Numbered from the stretch's first letter, positions 31,501 through 44,505 are shown. The stretch is 64,000 nucleotides of DNA from Alphaproteobacteria bacterium bin98 (GCA_002238905.1 MPNG01000001.1:12599-76598); one strand, 5' to 3'. Notes: generated by a model from the sequence alone, not told the origin. Numbers and translations are program-made.

Positions 31501-32073
31501 ATGGTATTAATTTTATTTTTTTTAATCTTCTTGCATGCTTATGGAGCTGTTCAGCAGCGCGACGATGCAGAATTTCAAAAATCAGCAGTATTCTTAACAG
31601 ACTCAACAATCAACAAGGATCGCTTCAGACAGGACAGTTGGGACACAACTCAAGAACAGATTGCTCAAAAGCGCAGTGAAATGCGCATGTACTTCGATGG
31701 ACACTCTTCTTATGAGTATGATTATTACACTTTAACAGGATTAGAGTATCTTTTTATTGATTTCAAAGGACCATGCAATCTGTGGAAATCTAGCACAAGC
31801 ACAACATTGATGACTGTATTCAATCCTAAACTAGAAAGCTTTATGCTTAATACAGAGACCATAGCTCACCTTTTGACAAGCGCCAAGGAGGAGGTGGAAA
31901 AACTAATTGAGGAAGGATTAAAGATCAACAGAAAATTCAATCGACACATAGGTACCAAGCCCTATGTACATCTCCTGAAAGTTTGCAAACATCTTTGTGA
32001 CAACCAACAAAAGATGTGCTACGACGAGTATGAGCATTTTTATCTTCTTAGGGAACAACAGAAAGGAAGATAA
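31501..32073 (+). CDS. secreted family protein, subfamily F
   Basis: Signal peptide MVLILFFLIFLHAYGA. C-terminal VKVCKHLCDNQQKMCYDEYEHFYLLREQQ. Confidence 0.65.
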   Translation: MVLILFFLIFLHAYGAVQQRDDAEFQKSAVFLTDSTINKDRFRQDSWDTTQEQIAQKRSEMRMYFDGHSSYEYDYYTLTGLEYLFIDFKGPCNLWKSSTSTTLMTVFNPKLESFMLNTETIAHLLTSAKEEVEKLIEEGLKINRKFNRHIGTKPYVHLLKVCKHLCDNQQKMCYDEYEHFYLLREQQKGR

Positions 32074-32345
32074 CTAATCAGAATAGCCTTAACATAGTTG
32101 AAGACTCTATCACTCGAATCTTTAAAAAGGCATGCCGCAATTTATGAAGAATGTGATTTATCGAAAGATGAGCAGAAAAAGATCAAAACTTTACTGTGTA
32201 AGGACATCGCAGATCACAGAGGTTGCAGCGATTCCTGAAAATGCCCACAAAAATTCTTTAGCAGTATTTTACTACTAAAGAATTTTTAAAGCTGAAAGTG
32301 TAATTTCTCACTCCCCTACCCATAATGGATAAGGAGGTTGTCTCC

Positions 32346-33620
32346 TTATTTTCTTTGTAAAAATAGTGCGCCTATTACATAAAGAGCAAGAGGGTAAAAG
32401 CAAAACGGCATAATATTAATGGGTGACTGGGAAACAATGGACGATGCCAGCAAGATTTGTGCTCCGTGAGGAATAATACACTGCGTTGCGGTGGCAAAGA
32501 CATCCAAAGTACTAGCTGCTTTTGCTGCTTGAAGTTTGTTTTTTTCAGCAATTCTTTTTACGCTTTGACCTGAAAAAAGAATGGCTATAGTGTTATTGGC
32601 AAAAATAATATCTGATATTATCGATATTTTGGCAATAAACCATGAGGCACGATAAGGATTTTTATATGATTTTTCAAGAATCTCCAAACCTTTATGTCGC
32701 ACAATAAACGCTTGTATACCTCCTAAGAAAAAGGAAAGGATGGCCACTTCCTTCATGGAAAAGATGCCTTCTTTAAATTGTTCTGCAAATGTTGTCGCAC
32801 TGTAATCAGAGAAGGAAATCCCTAGCAAAGCTGCAAAAAGTATAGATCCAAACAAAGAAAGTGTGACAGGTATACCCGCAAGCGCCAGTCCTGTGACCAT
32901 AACATAAGGAAGAAGTTTCCACCAAGAGATATCAGCTGCAATGTTTTCATTTCCTAGTATTGGTGTAGCGCCAAAGGCTGAAAAAATGCCATATAAAACA
33001 ATCACACTGATACACGCTATAAGCGCAGTTGGAGCGTTTGCTATAAGTTTTTCCTTTGGCGTTACACCTACAGTTTGTGATGCTGCAATGGAGGTGTCAG
33101 AAACAAGGGATAAGTTATCACCAAACGCCGACCCACTCACCACAGCTCCAATAAGCCATAACGCTGCTAATGAATCGCCATGCGCCAATTCAACAGCAAA
33201 AGGCCCCACAACTCCAATAACACCCATAGAAGTTCCCAAAGCCATGGATATTAAGCAAGAAACAAAAAATATACCTGGCAATATTGCTCCAGATGGAAGA
33301 AATTCTTGTGTAATAAGCACGGCTTCTTGGACACTTCCAATGCCTTTGCTAACTTCGGAAAATGCACCGGCCAAAAAAAATATGAAGAGCATGGCCGCAA
33401 TGCCTTCATTTGCAAAACCTTTGCATAAATTATCGACCCTTTTTTTTAAAGAACCAGAGTCTAAAAGAACCGACAAAAAAAGTGCTGGCATAATACAGAC
33501 AACCGCTGAAACCTTGTAAAAAGCAAAATCAGCACCTTGGAGTGTAAAGTAAATCCCGCAACCTAAAAAAAGCAGGACAAATAATAAAATGGGGCTTAAC
33601 GATCTATATAACATGATCAT
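32346..33620 (-). CDS. NhaC-like / ion-transporter-superfamily polytopic membrane permease
   Basis: 424 aa with about 11 hydrophobic segments. GDNLSLVSDTS-type motifs are typical of the IT superfamily (NhaC-like). Its 3-prime 120 bp are duplicated at 6579..6700. Confidence 0.5.
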   Translation of the reverse strand: MIMLYRSLSPILLFVLLFLGCGIYFTLQGADFAFYKVSAVVCIMPALFLSVLLDSGSLKKRVDNLCKGFANEGIAAMLFIFFLAGAFSEVSKGIGSVQEAVLITQEFLPSGAILPGIFFVSCLISMALGTSMGVIGVVGPFAVELAHGDSLAALWLIGAVVSGSAFGDNLSLVSDTSIAASQTVGVTPKEKLIANAPTALIACISVIVLYGIFSAFGATPILGNENIAADISWWKLLPYVMVTGLALAGIPVTLSLFGSILFAALLGISFSDYSATTFAEQFKEGIFSMKEVAILSFFLGGIQAFIVRHKGLEILEKSYKNPYRASWFIAKISIISDIIFANNTIAILFSGQSVKRIAEKNKLQAAKAASTLDVFATATQCIIPHGAQILLASSIVSQSPINIMPFCFYPLALYVIGALFLQRK

Positions 33621-33835
33621 CTCCTAATAAATAGAGTTAAAAATAAAATTGTTTTTTTGAATTAAAGAAATAGGTAAATTAGTGCGCAAAGCGCATTCGC
33701 ATGGTGAGAGCAACATTCATATCATGCACATAATACATAATTTATTTTACCATACCACACTCATATAGTCTACGCAGTAAAGTTTTGAGGAATTATAATA
33801 CATTCAAACAAGAAATAGGTTTGATAAATCTGCTG

Positions 33836-33965
33836 CATTCTCGATATCTTCAGCACTGATTTGGCATTGGCGAATAGTATCACCTGAGGAGAGTCTGTAC
33901 CTCTCTCCTACCTCCAACCTCTCTTGAGCGCACAACCTTACTTGTGTCGTTATTGATCACAATAT
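33836..33965. repeat. about 130-bp conserved non-coding element (second copy 35641..35775)
   Basis: About 70% identity. Both copies lie within 60-350 nt upstream of minus-strand gene starts (33620 and 35577). Contains a ggagag/ctctcc inverted repeat. Confidence 0.5.
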
Positions 33966-34136
33966 TAGTATAGTCAGCTTAAAGTCTTGACCTTCTGCGT
34001 ATATTTGAAAATATTATCAAACAACCATGATGAACCAGTAGTTCATTATACTTTTCTACTACAGCAGAAGTATATATACGCACCTAGACTTATCTTTCCA
34101 ATGATGAATCGGATGCCAATGCAACAGAAAAATTTC

Positions 34137-34847
34137 CTACACCACCCATTGAAAAATCTTCTGGCATTCCTTTGTAAGGAAGAACATCTTTAAGGAGACG
34201 AGATGTCGATTGCCCATACATATAGCCTCGAAAACACCTAACAGATTTATGTATCCTGCTTTAACACGCGCATTTAGACATGCTGCGGAAACGGATTTAG
34301 GCCGTGATAAGGTTTGTGCGTCAGAAAGGAGCAACCAGCGACGAGCTAAAATGTTCAGCAAGCTATTCTCTATGGTTTCAGTCATAATAGGTTCATCCTT
34401 TATTCTGGTTAGAGTCTTTATTATGCTTACAGTAATATTAGGTTCACCCTGCTTTAGTATGGTTAGAGTCTTTATTATGCTTACAGTAATATTAGGTTCA
34501 TTCTTTATTTTTGCAAAATCATACGCGCACACAACTTTTGAAAAAACATTATCGCACAAAATAGTCATGATTGGTTTTATATAAATCTCTTCTAAGTCAT
34601 CAAGATTACATGTCTCTTGATAAGCCAAGCTTATATATTTACCTGTATCAGGTGCAGATGCACTATAGCAGCGATCGTCGCGAACAGTGTCGAGAACAGC
34701 TCGAATCTTACCTCTAGATGAATCCATGAGTGTTTGAGTGTTTGTCCACTCTTCATCAGAAATTGCGACAGAAGCGCCATGAGCGTATGAAATGAAAAAT
34801 AATAATATAAATAGCATAATTGTTACCCATGATATTATGCCTGACAA
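34137..34847 (-). CDS. secreted protein with 19-aa tandem repeat (EPNITVSIIKTLT)
   Basis: Signal peptide MLFILLFFISYAHGA is internal to the ORF start. 57-bp direct repeat at 34381..34494. C-terminal YINLLGVFEAICMGN is FC-like. Confidence 0.55.
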   Translation of the reverse strand: MSGIISWVTIMLFILLFFISYAHGASVAISDEEWTNTQTLMDSSRGKIRAVLDTVRDDRCYSASAPDTGKYISLAYQETCNLDDLEEIYIKPIMTILCDNVFSKVVCAYDFAKIKNEPNITVSIIKTLTILKQGEPNITVSIIKTLTRIKDEPIMTETIENSLLNILARRWLLLSDAQTLSRPKSVSAACLNARVKAGYINLLGVFEAICMGNRHLVSLKMFFLTKECQKIFQWVV

Positions 34848-35076
34848 CTAAATATTTGCAAATGGTAGTCAAATTTTTCTGGAAACTCTAGATATCTGCC
34901 ACGATTCAAGAAAACACTTTCTGAACAGGAGACAAATATTCTGGATGCTCTATTATCAAAAGTATCTTAAGGAAAATCCTCTTGAATTACTGAAATTTTC
35001 AGATCAAATGCTAGGTATAGTTGCTAAAAATATTGGATGACCAGAAGTGATAGTTGGAAACGAAATGAAACATTTA

Positions 35077-35577
35077 TTATTTCGGCAAGTAACAAGGCGT
35101 CTCTATTAGGCGCACATAAGTATACACACTATGAAGAAGTTGCTTGTACCATGTCATGCTTTGATCAAAATCTGTTAGAGGTCCTTCTTTTCCTTTACAG
35201 ACAATTTTTAAAGAGAGAAAGAGTCGCTTCAATGCCTTTTGGACTTCCCTTGCTGTCTGAAACAGTTTTTCCGCTCCTAAAGTATCAGCTGTTCGTTTTT
35301 TGAAAGTCGCAATCGCATCTAAAATCGTGTCTTTGTACGGCTCAATACGTTCTTGAGCTACCTGCCAATTTTGTAATTGTTCCAAAGATCTTGTCTCCGA
35401 CTGAGCACTCCTTGGGGGCAAGACAACTTTTGTTGGATCCATCCCCCTCTCTGAGATCTGGGCATTAGCCTTAGCTAAGATCTCCTCTAAGTGATTTTGC
35501 AAATCTTGTCCTCCCTCTGCTCCGTGCAGTTGCTCCATGAACGCAGGAAAAATGAACAATAATAAGACAAAGTTCAT
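35077..35577 (-). CDS. secreted FC-family protein, subfamily E
   Basis: N-terminus MNFVLLLFIFPAFMEQLHGA. Motifs YKDTILDAIATFKK and LFLSLKIVCKG. Confidence 0.6.
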   Translation of the reverse strand: MNFVLLLFIFPAFMEQLHGAEGGQDLQNHLEEILAKANAQISERGMDPTKVVLPPRSAQSETRSLEQLQNWQVAQERIEPYKDTILDAIATFKKRTADTLGAEKLFQTAREVQKALKRLFLSLKIVCKGKEGPLTDFDQSMTWYKQLLHSVYTYVRLIETPCYLPK

Positions 35578-35816
35578 AATAGAGTGCTATATCATATGAC
35601 GTGTTTTAACAAGGCTTGACTCAAAGTCAACCCGCTGCATTAGCGACATCTTGAGCAGTGATTTATTATTGGAAAGTAGTATCAACCTTAGAGTCTGTAT
35701 CCCCTCTCCTACCTAATACACAAATATCTCTTCAGCACGCAAACTTACTTATGTTGTGATTGATCAAAATAAGTGATTCTGCTGTCAAGATACAGTAAGC
35801 TATGCAACAATTAGTT

Positions 35817-36260
35817 ATGAAAATAAGGATTTTGTGTATTGGTAAGTTAAAAAGTAGTTACCCTATATCAGATTTGATATCTTTTTATCAAAAACGTATT
35901 AAAATAGCTGTAGATATTATAGAGTTAACGTCAAAAGAGCCTCGCAATGAGCAAGATATGATAGCTTTGTTTTCATCCTATAAAAATGAAAAATGCTGGG
36001 CACTTGATCAGCGAGGTAAAAGCTGGAGTGAGCATGATTGGGCTCATCGCATTCTCCAAGAGAAAATGCAAGGATTAAAAAGCTTGAATATTATGGTGGG
36101 TGGAAGCGCGGGCATTCCTTACACACTTTGTAAATCCAGTGAGGAATCTATTGCCCTGGGACCTGTAACCTGGAATCATTTGTTGATAAGACCTATGATA
36201 TTAGACATGCTTTATAGATGCGAAAAAATTTGGGAAAATCATCCCTACTCACGTACATAA
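35817..36260 (+). CDS. rlmH: 23S rRNA (pseudouridine1915-N3)-methyltransferase RlmH
   Basis: Collinear similarity to E. coli RlmH/YbeA over the full length, including the C-terminal NHPY(H/S)R motif. Start chosen by alignment (MKIRIL ~ MKLQLV). Confidence 0.85.
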   Translation: MKIRILCIGKLKSSYPISDLISFYQKRIKIAVDIIELTSKEPRNEQDMIALFSSYKNEKCWALDQRGKSWSEHDWAHRILQEKMQGLKSLNIMVGGSAGIPYTLCKSSEESIALGPVTWNHLLIRPMILDMLYRCEKIWENHPYSRT

Positions 36261-36476
36261 ATAGTGCAATATACTCAAACAGGTCATGTTCTTCAGTTAG
36301 TGGTCATTGAGGGAGATATCACCACTGACTAGATATTCATACTTTTCGTTAACCATCACCAACAACAAGAGTCTTATAGAAAACTAGAAATTCTTTACTA
36401 GGAATCCATCAAGATAGTGTATCTCAATTTTTAAGAATGTTTCTTTACATTAATGTGCGCTTTTTATAAGAGGAAG

Positions 36477-36553
36477 TGGTGGGCCTGGGAAGACTCGAAC
36501 TTCCGACCTCACGCTTATCAAGCGTGCGCTCTAACCGGCTGAGCTACAAGCCC
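36477..36553 (-). tRNA. tRNA-Ile (anticodon GAU)
   Basis: 77-nt cloverleaf GGGCTTGTAGCTCAG...CTTGATAAGCG...GGTTCGAGTC...GGCCCACCA with a 7-bp acceptor stem. Anticodon loop CUUGAUAAG. Encoded CCA. Confidence 0.9.
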
Positions 36554-36863
36554 ACATAGATATTCTATGAAATTATACTTATTTTATCAATGCCTAATTT
36601 TTTAATTAACACCCTTTTTCTAATCAAACATAATTGTTGAGTAAAAAATGAAGAGCATTATTTTGATTTTTCTTAATAGTATTAAGGGCAACTCGCTATC
36701 TTCTGGAGATGCGATTTGATAATATATTTTTTCATTTTAAAAAATATTTCTCTTGAGGAACGAAAGAATAAACTTTTTGTTAAACAATCATCTTTATATT
36801 GATTGCATTATTGTTTCAAACAATACAGTGTATAATATTCATAGTGATTTTATATAAAGAGCC

Positions 36864-38510
<1,647 letters not shown>

Positions 38511-38985
38511 TATTACAGTAATAGTCATAAATGTAAAAAAAAATAAGGTTTCACGCAATCTTTTCACTAGAGAGCCCTTTAGCATTGAACATGATTTAGA
38601 TGAAATACGTATGACTCCTTACGACACTTTAGACTGCTCCTAATAAGGAAGAATCTGGAATATCTCATTATTTTGACACATATTTTACACTTCTCACTAA
38701 TATTAGTTTTACTTGCTCTGACTGGATCAGGATTCCGTATCCTCTGTACATGCCATTCATGATCTATAATGCTGGCTTGCAGGCAGATCATCAACGTTAT
38801 TCGCACATCTTTTTTTGGAAGCGATATGGGTCTTCAACATAGCACGGCATTTGTCTTCGCAAGATCATCCCAGCATATGAAAGATAGAGTGTGCGAAAAA
38901 CAGGTCACATGAGAATAGAATTCATGGGCGTTTGGGTTGCAGAAAAAAAGAGAATATCAATATCATACAATTACAGAACATTTGT

Positions 38986-39591
38986 TCACATCCACCTTAC
39001 AACCCTTTGTTGGAGTGTATTGACCAAACATTGCCACTTATAATATTCGTCCTCAGCGTCTAATTTCTTTTCCTCACAATAATATTTCAAAGATAATAAG
39101 AGGGTAGAGTACACGCTACCACTGTCCAGAGAGACAGATGCACCTTTTGCTTCTAAAAGTAATCTCTCGAATTCTGTACTTGTAGTACAAAAAGCACAAA
39201 GGTACGTTAGTGGGTTAAGATGAAAATACCGAGCTCTGCAATCCACCATTGCTTGACGTCTCCTCTCATCATTTTCTAGCAACTTCTCTTTGTTGCAGAA
39301 CTGTGCAAGCATATCTTCTACTGGTGTTACGCAATCTTTCATTAATCGCTGAAAATCATTAGTGTGTATTGTCCCGCACGGTAAAGTTAAAGTAGAAAAA
39401 AAATCTTTCAAACCTGTTCTGCACTCATCAAAAGATCGTTGATCCATTTTCCATTTAAAATATCGCAACCCCATATCTTCTGCTGATTGAGTCCTAAATA
39501 GCATATATCTATACAATTCAGACTCAGAGTCCTTCCCGCTCTCTGTTCCATGAGAGTATGAGCATATCAAAAATATTAATATCAGTTTCAT
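38986..39591 (-). CDS. secreted FC-family protein
   Basis: Signal peptide MKLILIFLICSYSHG. Motifs YLCAFCTT and LLLSLKYYCEEKK. Confidence 0.65.
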   Translation of the reverse strand: MKLILIFLICSYSHGTESGKDSESELYRYMLFRTQSAEDMGLRYFKWKMDQRSFDECRTGLKDFFSTLTLPCGTIHTNDFQRLMKDCVTPVEDMLAQFCNKEKLLENDERRRQAMVDCRARYFHLNPLTYLCAFCTTSTEFERLLLEAKGASVSLDSGSVYSTLLLSLKYYCEEKKLDAEDEYYKWQCLVNTLQQRVVRWM

Positions 39592-39725
39592 ATGGCTATA
39601 ATTTGATTTAAATCATCCTTAATAATATTACACGCCATCTTTTGCAAATTTCAAAATCAAAGTGCAGAATCACGATATAACAAAAAAGAGCACTTTAAAG
39701 CGCTCTTTTTTGCATTCACTTTCAA

Positions 39726-41030
39726 TCATTTAAAAGGAGTTTCTGGAATAGCTATGATACGAAAACCAGGCAGATCGACTGTTGATAAGTCTCCTGGCAA
39801 CTCAAGCATTGTGCATCCAGGACCCTCTAATGAGTATTGCGCATAGTGAGAAAAAGGCTTATCTTCTCTGGGATCAACTCGAAAGTGACAGCCAGCAACA
39901 TACACATGTAGCTTATCACTGACATTTTCAACTTTGTAAACAAACATTTCTGTCCCTTTATAAGCGAGTATTGTGCCTGCCCTTAAATCTACTTCGTCAC
40001 CTTTCTGGCAGATCTCGAAAAGCTCTTTCTGAGTGCGGCGTACTGCAGAGTTTATAATGGTAGAGGCGAAAGAGCTTGAGTCATGAGATTGTCCTGTTAT
40101 ATAGGCTCCCAAACCTCCCATTTGAAATCCTCCGCCCAATACTTGAGGGCAGAACCAGTAGTCAAACCCAGAAACCTCATATTTTTGATAAAAAGACCCT
40201 TCCGAAGTATTGAAACCTGTCAGAATGTCTAGAGGAGTAGGCTGTCCTCGCAATCGAGATATTTGTACTGTACCTGGAAAATATTCTTCAGCAGCTTTTA
40301 TCATTCCATCCAGAGTGTTATTTCCACGTGTCATCATAATGTGAAAAAGATAGGCATGAGCAAAAGGCATAAATCCTTCATGAGGATTTGGTTTCTGCAT
40401 TTCATCTTGTTTTTGTGCTTTGGCATACCAAGCAAATCCATCCTCTGTGCAAGAGTTATATTGCCAAATATGCATCCACTCTTTTGCATAGTCGTGTACG
40501 ATTCTAGTAGCTTTGCTTAGAAGATCGGGTGCAATATTGTGATTCACTGGCAAGACATTTGGGATTTGATCGTAAAGTTTTGAGTGTTGTTGCGCTTTAT
40601 AAAGCATAGATGCTTGCACATAAAGGAAGCTTTTTTGCGCAGAAGGACTCCAACAGTTAGGAGGGCACGATTCAAAGAAACCTTGGGATTCTTGTACATC
40701 TTCTGAAGAATCACCTACTTGAATCACACCGTATGTTGCTATTTGCGCTAGGAAGAGCCTTTCAGGGTGCTTAGCAGGCATTGCCGCAAAAAATTTTGTT
40801 TGAATAATCATAGATGCTATTTCTTTTGATTTTTCTTTATCTGCATAATCCCCCCAATCTTTTACAAGTTGATCGCGACTCATGATCCTATTTTTTGCAA
40901 AATTTGCAAAATCAGGGAGATTCAAAGGAGAATCTGCAGGTAACACACACAAAGGAATTGTTTTAACTGCTGACTGCGCCGTCGGAACTAACGCAAAAAG
41001 TAATAGGAAATAAGTTATATTCATACTCAA
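39726..41030 (-). CDS. hypothetical secreted protein (distinct, canonical AQS-A signal peptide)
   Basis: 434-aa ORF with N-terminus MSMNITYFLLLFALVPTAQSA. No similarity to the FC family. No recognisable motif. Confidence 0.55.
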   Translation of the reverse strand: MSMNITYFLLLFALVPTAQSAVKTIPLCVLPADSPLNLPDFANFAKNRIMSRDQLVKDWGDYADKEKSKEIASMIIQTKFFAAMPAKHPERLFLAQIATYGVIQVGDSSEDVQESQGFFESCPPNCWSPSAQKSFLYVQASMLYKAQQHSKLYDQIPNVLPVNHNIAPDLLSKATRIVHDYAKEWMHIWQYNSCTEDGFAWYAKAQKQDEMQKPNPHEGFMPFAHAYLFHIMMTRGNNTLDGMIKAAEEYFPGTVQISRLRGQPTPLDILTGFNTSEGSFYQKYEVSGFDYWFCPQVLGGGFQMGGLGAYITGQSHDSSSFASTIINSAVRRTQKELFEICQKGDEVDLRAGTILAYKGTEMFVYKVENVSDKLHVYVAGCHFRVDPREDKPFSHYAQYSLEGPGCTMLELPGDLSTVDLPGFRIIAIPETPFK

Positions 41031-41201
41031 AATTATAACAAAAAAACTGAAAAATCACCTCACATGCCTTAAAATGATAAAAAAGTAATCATTCTGACAA
41101 AAAATAGATCATGACTTTGACAAAAGTCACATTTTCTGTTGCAAAAAAAGGATTATTGATTTATAATGTCTACATAAAATAATAATAAAAAATAGAATAA
41201 A

Positions 41202-41339
41202 ATGCGAAAAGTCAGATTGTTAATATTGGTGCTACTGCTCATTGTGATTAAAAAGGGGATATTAGATGGAGAGAATACTGTAAAAGTGGAAGAAAACAAC
41301 ACAAATGTTGTGAAACGCATTGTCAGTTATTTTGAATAA
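41202..41339 (+). CDS. small hydrophobic upstream ORF (45 aa)
   Basis: MRKVRLLILVLLLIVIKKG..., lying 70 nt upstream of alr. Speculative. Confidence 0.2.
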   Translation: MRKVRLLILVLLLIVIKKGILDGENTVKVEENNTNVVKRIVSYFE

Positions 41340-41411
41340 CGCAGTATAATTTTGTCCAAAGAGCATATTTTTTCACTAAAAGATGACACAATATACTCAA
41401 GGAGATGCATT

Positions 41412-42488
41412 GTGCTAGAAGCCAATAGCCATGTTTTAATATCCAAGCAAAGTTTAAGAAGCAATTATCAATTTTTTGCTGATTATGTCTCTTCGGCTAA
41501 TGTTGCAGTGGTGTTGAAAAATAATGGATTTGGATATGGCTATGCAGAAATAACACCCGCACTCTATGCACAAGGCTGTAGGCGGTTTTACGTTGCAGAT
41601 GTAGAAGAAGCGCTCCGTATGCGGTCTTTTATGCCACATCAAGATGTTATTATAGCCCCCCTCTTTCCTCTAATTTCTCAAAACTCTCTTCACACTATGC
41701 GCAAGGCCGACCTTACCCCCTCCTTGAACAGCGTTGAAGATATTCAAACATACCTACGCTATGGGTGTGGAAAATCTTGTGTGGTGCGCGTAAGTTTTGG
41801 TCTCAATGTGGGTGTGCCTTATCAAAAAATTGCAGAATTAAAAGGTGAATTAGGCAAAATCAAGCAACTCACCGTTTTGGGGCACCTTCCTTTTGCAGAT
41901 GACAAAAATTCTTCTCATAACACAAATGCTCTAAAGGATATGATCGCACTGCGTCAACATTTGCCAGATGCGCGTTTTAGTTTGGCTTCTACAGCGGCAA
42001 TATTCCTTGGAAGTGAGTTTTTTATGGATGAAGCGCGTATAGGTGTGGGTTTGTTTGGTGCTGTTCATTTTTCTAACAACAATGCTGCAAAAAATGCGCA
42101 AGACAAAATTTCCTTTGCTTTAAAATTAAAAGCTTACACACGACATTCTTATTCTGTAAAAAAAGGTCAGATCCTTGGGTACGAAAGCATCGCAAAAGAA
42201 GATATGCAGATGGTGGTTGTGAGCTGTGGGTACGCAAATGGCCTTCCGATACAAAAAAGTAAAGAGCCACTCTCACTTCCATATCAAGGCAAATCTCTAA
42301 GATTAGTTCCAGAAACTCTCTCAATGTATAACGCATCTTTTGCTACTAACGATATTATTGCTTCTGGAGAAGAAGTCACTCTTCTAAAATCCTTTGAAGA
42401 TAGCATGCAATTTCGTCGTATAGAAAAAATCAACCACTCCGAATTGCTTCTGCGCATAAGCCGCGCCCACCAACAATTTATTCCGTAA
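41412..42488 (+). CDS. alr: alanine racemase-like PLP enzyme
   Basis: VAVVLKNNGFGYG aligns with Alr AVVKANAYGHG (PLP-binding Lys). FYVADVEEALRMR aligns with FGVARLEEALRLR. VVSCGYANG aligns with VAMGYGDGY. GTG start at 41412 with an AAGGAG RBS 7 nt upstream. The listed ORF begins at TTG 41352. Confidence 0.7.
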   Translation: MLEANSHVLISKQSLRSNYQFFADYVSSANVAVVLKNNGFGYGYAEITPALYAQGCRRFYVADVEEALRMRSFMPHQDVIIAPLFPLISQNSLHTMRKADLTPSLNSVEDIQTYLRYGCGKSCVVRVSFGLNVGVPYQKIAELKGELGKIKQLTVLGHLPFADDKNSSHNTNALKDMIALRQHLPDARFSLASTAAIFLGSEFFMDEARIGVGLFGAVHFSNNNAAKNAQDKISFALKLKAYTRHSYSVKKGQILGYESIAKEDMQMVVVSCGYANGLPIQKSKEPLSLPYQGKSLRLVPETLSMYNASFATNDIIASGEEVTLLKSFEDSMQFRRIEKINHSELLLRISRAHQQFIP

Positions 42489-42677
42489 ACACTATGTTTG
42501 TGTGAAGGACAGCTTCTTTGTCAATATGAGCATTTTTAATTCAACCGTGATTAATATCATGACTTTAAAAATAATGTAACGCTATCATGTCGTAATATTA
42601 TGATTTTCAATTTTCTTACATGATCATGGAGCGAAAAAAGTTTTTGAATCAGAAAATATATTAATCATATGGGTGAG

Positions 42678-43313
42678 TTAAACAAGCATAAAGATCAATT
42701 CGCTCAGCACAACATCACGAGCCTCGTATTCATACATGTGTGTGAGACGCCAAATATTATATTTTCGTTCAGCGACTTCCTTATTATCCGCACAGTAAGC
42801 TTGAAAAGCTGATAAGAGGAGCCAATACTGCTGCGTATATATTGGGTCTAGCGAAGAGAGATCTTTTTTATATCTTGCCTCTAAGAGTAGTGAGTGACCC
42901 CTCTCTCTCAATACTAAAAAAGCATAACAAAAGATCTTTGCATCAAGCTCAAAGTACACATCTAGGAGATTTTTCTCATAATTCACATCACCTGCTCTGA
43001 AGACATCCCTTTTTCAGAAGGCATCAAGTACATTTTCTATTTGCTCTGAGAAAGCCATTAATTCTTTAAGATTCCTTATATCAAAAAAATTTTGAGGGTT
43101 TAATATATCTTGACAGGTTTTCCTGCAGGTGAAACATTCTTGATTTTTTGCCACCTAATAGTGCGCATAGCTTGCTCCTGGATTATAATCCGTTCACTAA
43201 TTTTCTTGAGTCTGAGAAGATCAGCAGAATTCTCTAACGATATTGCGTCATCTGCTTCATGCGCCAGTGAATAGATTAAAAATAGTAAGATTAATTTGAT
43301 AAATGCATTTCAT
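42678..43313 (-). pseudogene. disrupted tandem paralog of 43379..44029 (subfamily H)
   Basis: DNA collinear with 43379..44029. The N-terminal reading frame is broken (ATG frame stops after 18 codons; G-to-A change). Only the C-terminal 102-aa ORF is open. Confidence 0.55.
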
Positions 43314-43378
43314 AGAGAAACCGTATCACATCTTCATCATACCCTCAATCAATTTAAGAGTGGATGGGTTGAAAGGGC

Positions 43379-44029
43379 TTAGATTAGCTCCATGTTCTGC
43401 TGCATCACAAAATCACGAACCTTGTGTTCCTGTAGGTGTGTGAGACGCCAAATATTATATTTTCGTTCAGCGACTTCCTTATTATCATCAGAGTAAGCTT
43501 GAAAAGCTGATAAGAGGAGATGATACTGCTCCGCATATATTGGGTCTAGCGAGCAATCTTGCCTCAACATTATATAGCTTGCCTCTAATAATACTGCGCC
43601 ACACTTCTTTCTCAATACTAGAAAAGCATCATAGAAGGTCTTTGCATCAAGCTCAAAGAGCACATCTAAGAACTTTTGTGAAGAACCCACCTCCCCTGTT
43701 CTGAATATATTATTGCTTTTGCAGAAGGTGTCAAGCTTATTTTCTATGCGCTCTGAGAAAGCCATTAATGTTTCAAGATTGCTTATATCAAGAAAATTGT
43801 AAGGATTTAATATATCTTGACAGGCTTGCCTGCAAGTGAAACATTTTTGATTTTCTTTCCAGCGAACACAGCGCATATCTTGCCTCTCGATAGGCAAACA
43901 GCACTTGATTTCCCTTATTCTTTGAAAATCAGCATAATTCTCCAAATCGATTTCGGCACCTGCTCCATGCGCCAGTGAATAGATTAAAAATAATAAGATT
44001 AATGTCATGCTCATAAATGTACCTTTCAT
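43379..44029 (-). CDS. secreted FC-family protein, subfamily H (LLSAFQAYxxDNKEVAERKYNIWRL)
   Basis: Signal peptide MTLILLFLIYSLAHGA, with likely start at 44008. Cys-rich N-terminal part. C-terminal motif. Confidence 0.65.
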   Translation of the reverse strand: MKGTFMSMTLILLFLIYSLAHGAGAEIDLENYADFQRIREIKCCLPIERQDMRCVRWKENQKCFTCRQACQDILNPYNFLDISNLETLMAFSERIENKLDTFCKSNNIFRTGEVGSSQKFLDVLFELDAKTFYDAFLVLRKKCGAVLLEASYIMLRQDCSLDPIYAEQYHLLLSAFQAYSDDNKEVAERKYNIWRLTHLQEHKVRDFVMQQNMELI

Positions 44030-44505
44030 AGAAAAATCATATCACATGTTCTTCATATCCTCACTTTGTCAATCAATACATTTAACAAAAGTATTATTTT
44101 TCTCATCACTCACATGATCTGTTGACAAAATGAAGTGACCAATTTGGAATTTGGATAGACAACTTCTAGCGGTTGGTGAGCCCAATCACAGTATTTTTTC
44201 TTATATTTCTCTTTATTTTTGTTTGAGAGATTTCATCAATGCCAACGAAGAATATAATGCTTTGTTAGCTCTTGTAATAGCATATAGAGATAGACCTCTA
44301 TTGCAATTTTGTACATTATTAAAAAATCAAAAATTTGAGAAGACTGTTTACACTTTTCCTCTAGAGAGAAAATCAGCTATTTCAACACACCTCCATGCCT
44401 CTTGAACGCAGTCTATGTTCGCAATCAAAAATTTATATAGTAAGGTACAGGTTTTGTGCTGACTATTTAGCGTATTCTCCCGCTTCAAGATTTTAGCCTA
44501 TTCTG

